Source: Squalus acanthias
Lineage: Eukaryota
Assembly: GCA_030390025.1 (NCBI GenBank)
Contig: CM059432.1
Span: forward strand, 152,336,001-152,400,000
Reading direction: 5' to 3'
DNA length: 64,000 bases
Shown here piece after piece: positions 62,711 to 64,000 of the stretch. The position numbers and the translations under genes are program-made. The notes below the pieces were generated by a model, which saw only the letters and a program-made list of their open reading frames with translations, was not told the DNA's origin and searched no databases. The stretch's first letter is position 1. Each line of letters begins with the position of its first letter.

Positions 62711-63400
62711 CTTCTCTAAAGAGGCAGAGACCCAATGTAAATGGGTCCCAAAATACACATCACCCACTGGTTTTGACTTCAGACTTGCATGTTTTATGGG
62801 GTGGAGGGAGAAGAGGAGAAAGTACCACCAGCCAAGATACCTACTCCTGATGCTACCCAATGACTCCTGCAAGAGCGTGTACATTTCTGGACTCTGGTCG
62901 AGAACATCATTAGGCTTGGATGATATGCCTAGTTAAATATTCTGCCAATGCTCACTGTCAGGATTTAAACATGAAGAACTCGACCTAGATACTGAAATAA
63001 TGCTACCTTAAAATGGAAACATAACAGAGGCATTTGTTGCTGCATTCAGGAGAGGAGAAAAAAAACTGAAGAATATCAGGAAAATATCAGCATTTCACAA
63101 GCAAAGAAAAATTCAAAATGTAACTTCACAAGAACCATAATTTAACACCATTTTATGAGCTTCCACTTAACCAGAGTGAAGAGATAAATGCCATTTTATA
63201 TTCAAGACCCAAAACACTTTCCAATGGCAAATACTTGCAGCTTGTGTTTTAAACATTACATTATTAATAAATAAACCCACACAAAAATAAACCTCTGTGC
63301 AATATACAGTGCAGAATCAGGCACAGATGCATTTTTTTGTTTATGCATCTAATGATGTATATAAATAGAAGGAAATTTCTTAAAAAGAATGCGCTCTTAC

Positions 63401-63462
63401 CTCAACAGAAGTTCTTTGGGTAGCTTTTTATTTATGAGTGACTCATCATTGCTTGAGAAAAC
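63401..63462 (-). CDS. FBXL2: FBXL2 coding exon (N-terminus/start of F-box), VFSSNDESLINKKLPKELLL(R); the ATG exon lies beyond the window
   Basis: Minus strand reads ...ttgattggcttag|GTTTTCTCAAGC...CTGTTGAG|gtaaga (62 nt, canonical AG/GT). The translation closely resembles the FBXL2 N-terminus as I recall it (MVFSNNDEGLINKKLPKELLLR). It ends in phase 2, matching the next exon. Confidence 0.93.
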
Positions 63463-64000
63463 CTAAGCCAATCAAAATACACAATGATCAGAAAGCCAAT
63501 ATTTAACATTAAAAACTTTGAAATCAGCTTTAAACACACTTCAAATCCAGTTAGCCTAAGAGTTTACAATGCAATTTTTATTTTAAATACACCAGTGATA
63601 AACACTGAAGAAATGCTCTCATTTTATTTGTACGCATAGCAAATGGCAATTTCCATAAGTGTGCTCATGTAACCAATGAAACAATATTTACAACCCTGTG
63701 TGTAATGAATGGGATTGCCATTTTTACAGAGTTACTTAGTACCAGACCTTGCACTGGTTACCCAACAAGCACTTATTCTCCTTCAGGCTAAATTTATTTA
63801 CAAACAATAGGTTTACACAAAGGCAAAATAAACAAATGCCAATATTATGAATATTCACAAAAAACAAGATTGAAGCAGTTGACAAGAACTTAAAATACTT
63901 TTTAGAACCTAATTTAGACAATCCAATAAACTGCAAGAGTTCTTGGTAGTGAATGATGATTTCTGAGATGAGGCGAATCAGAATATTACAGCACAGGAGG

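Noticed and set aside
10849..63462. Assignment of the exons to FBXL20
   Set aside because: VFS..DE.LINKK, AWNIL and FNFQTD match FBXL2 better, although LDVV/AQVS are FBXL20-like; synteny or a tree would settle it.

Overview
Vertebrate genomic DNA; the repeat landscape suggests a cartilaginous fish (shark), which is an inference. The window is almost entirely intronic. Three small coding exons of the F-box/LRR gene FBXL2 lie on the minus strand (63401-63462, 19328-19382, 10849-10923) and splice in frame to VFSSNDESLINKKLPKELLLRIFSFLDVVTLCRCAQVSKAWNILALDGSNWQRIDLFNFQTDIE; none of them appears in the ORF track. The introns (~44 kb, ~8.4 kb, >10.8 kb) are packed with nested retroelements: many CR1 LINEs (one full-length with an esterase ORF1, one very young pair), a single-ORF CR1-group LINE with a tRNA-like head, L2, RTE, a DeuSINE-like SINE, MITE-like elements and two Penelope-like (PLE) families. 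The most striking structure is a PLE system: a 5'-truncated RT/GIY-YIG copy, several short TSD-flanked fold-back insertions of its terminal repeat, and minimal hammerhead-ribozyme motifs that show covariation. Most long ORFs in the track are retroelement fragments or their antisense shadows. Boundaries of old repeats are approximate.
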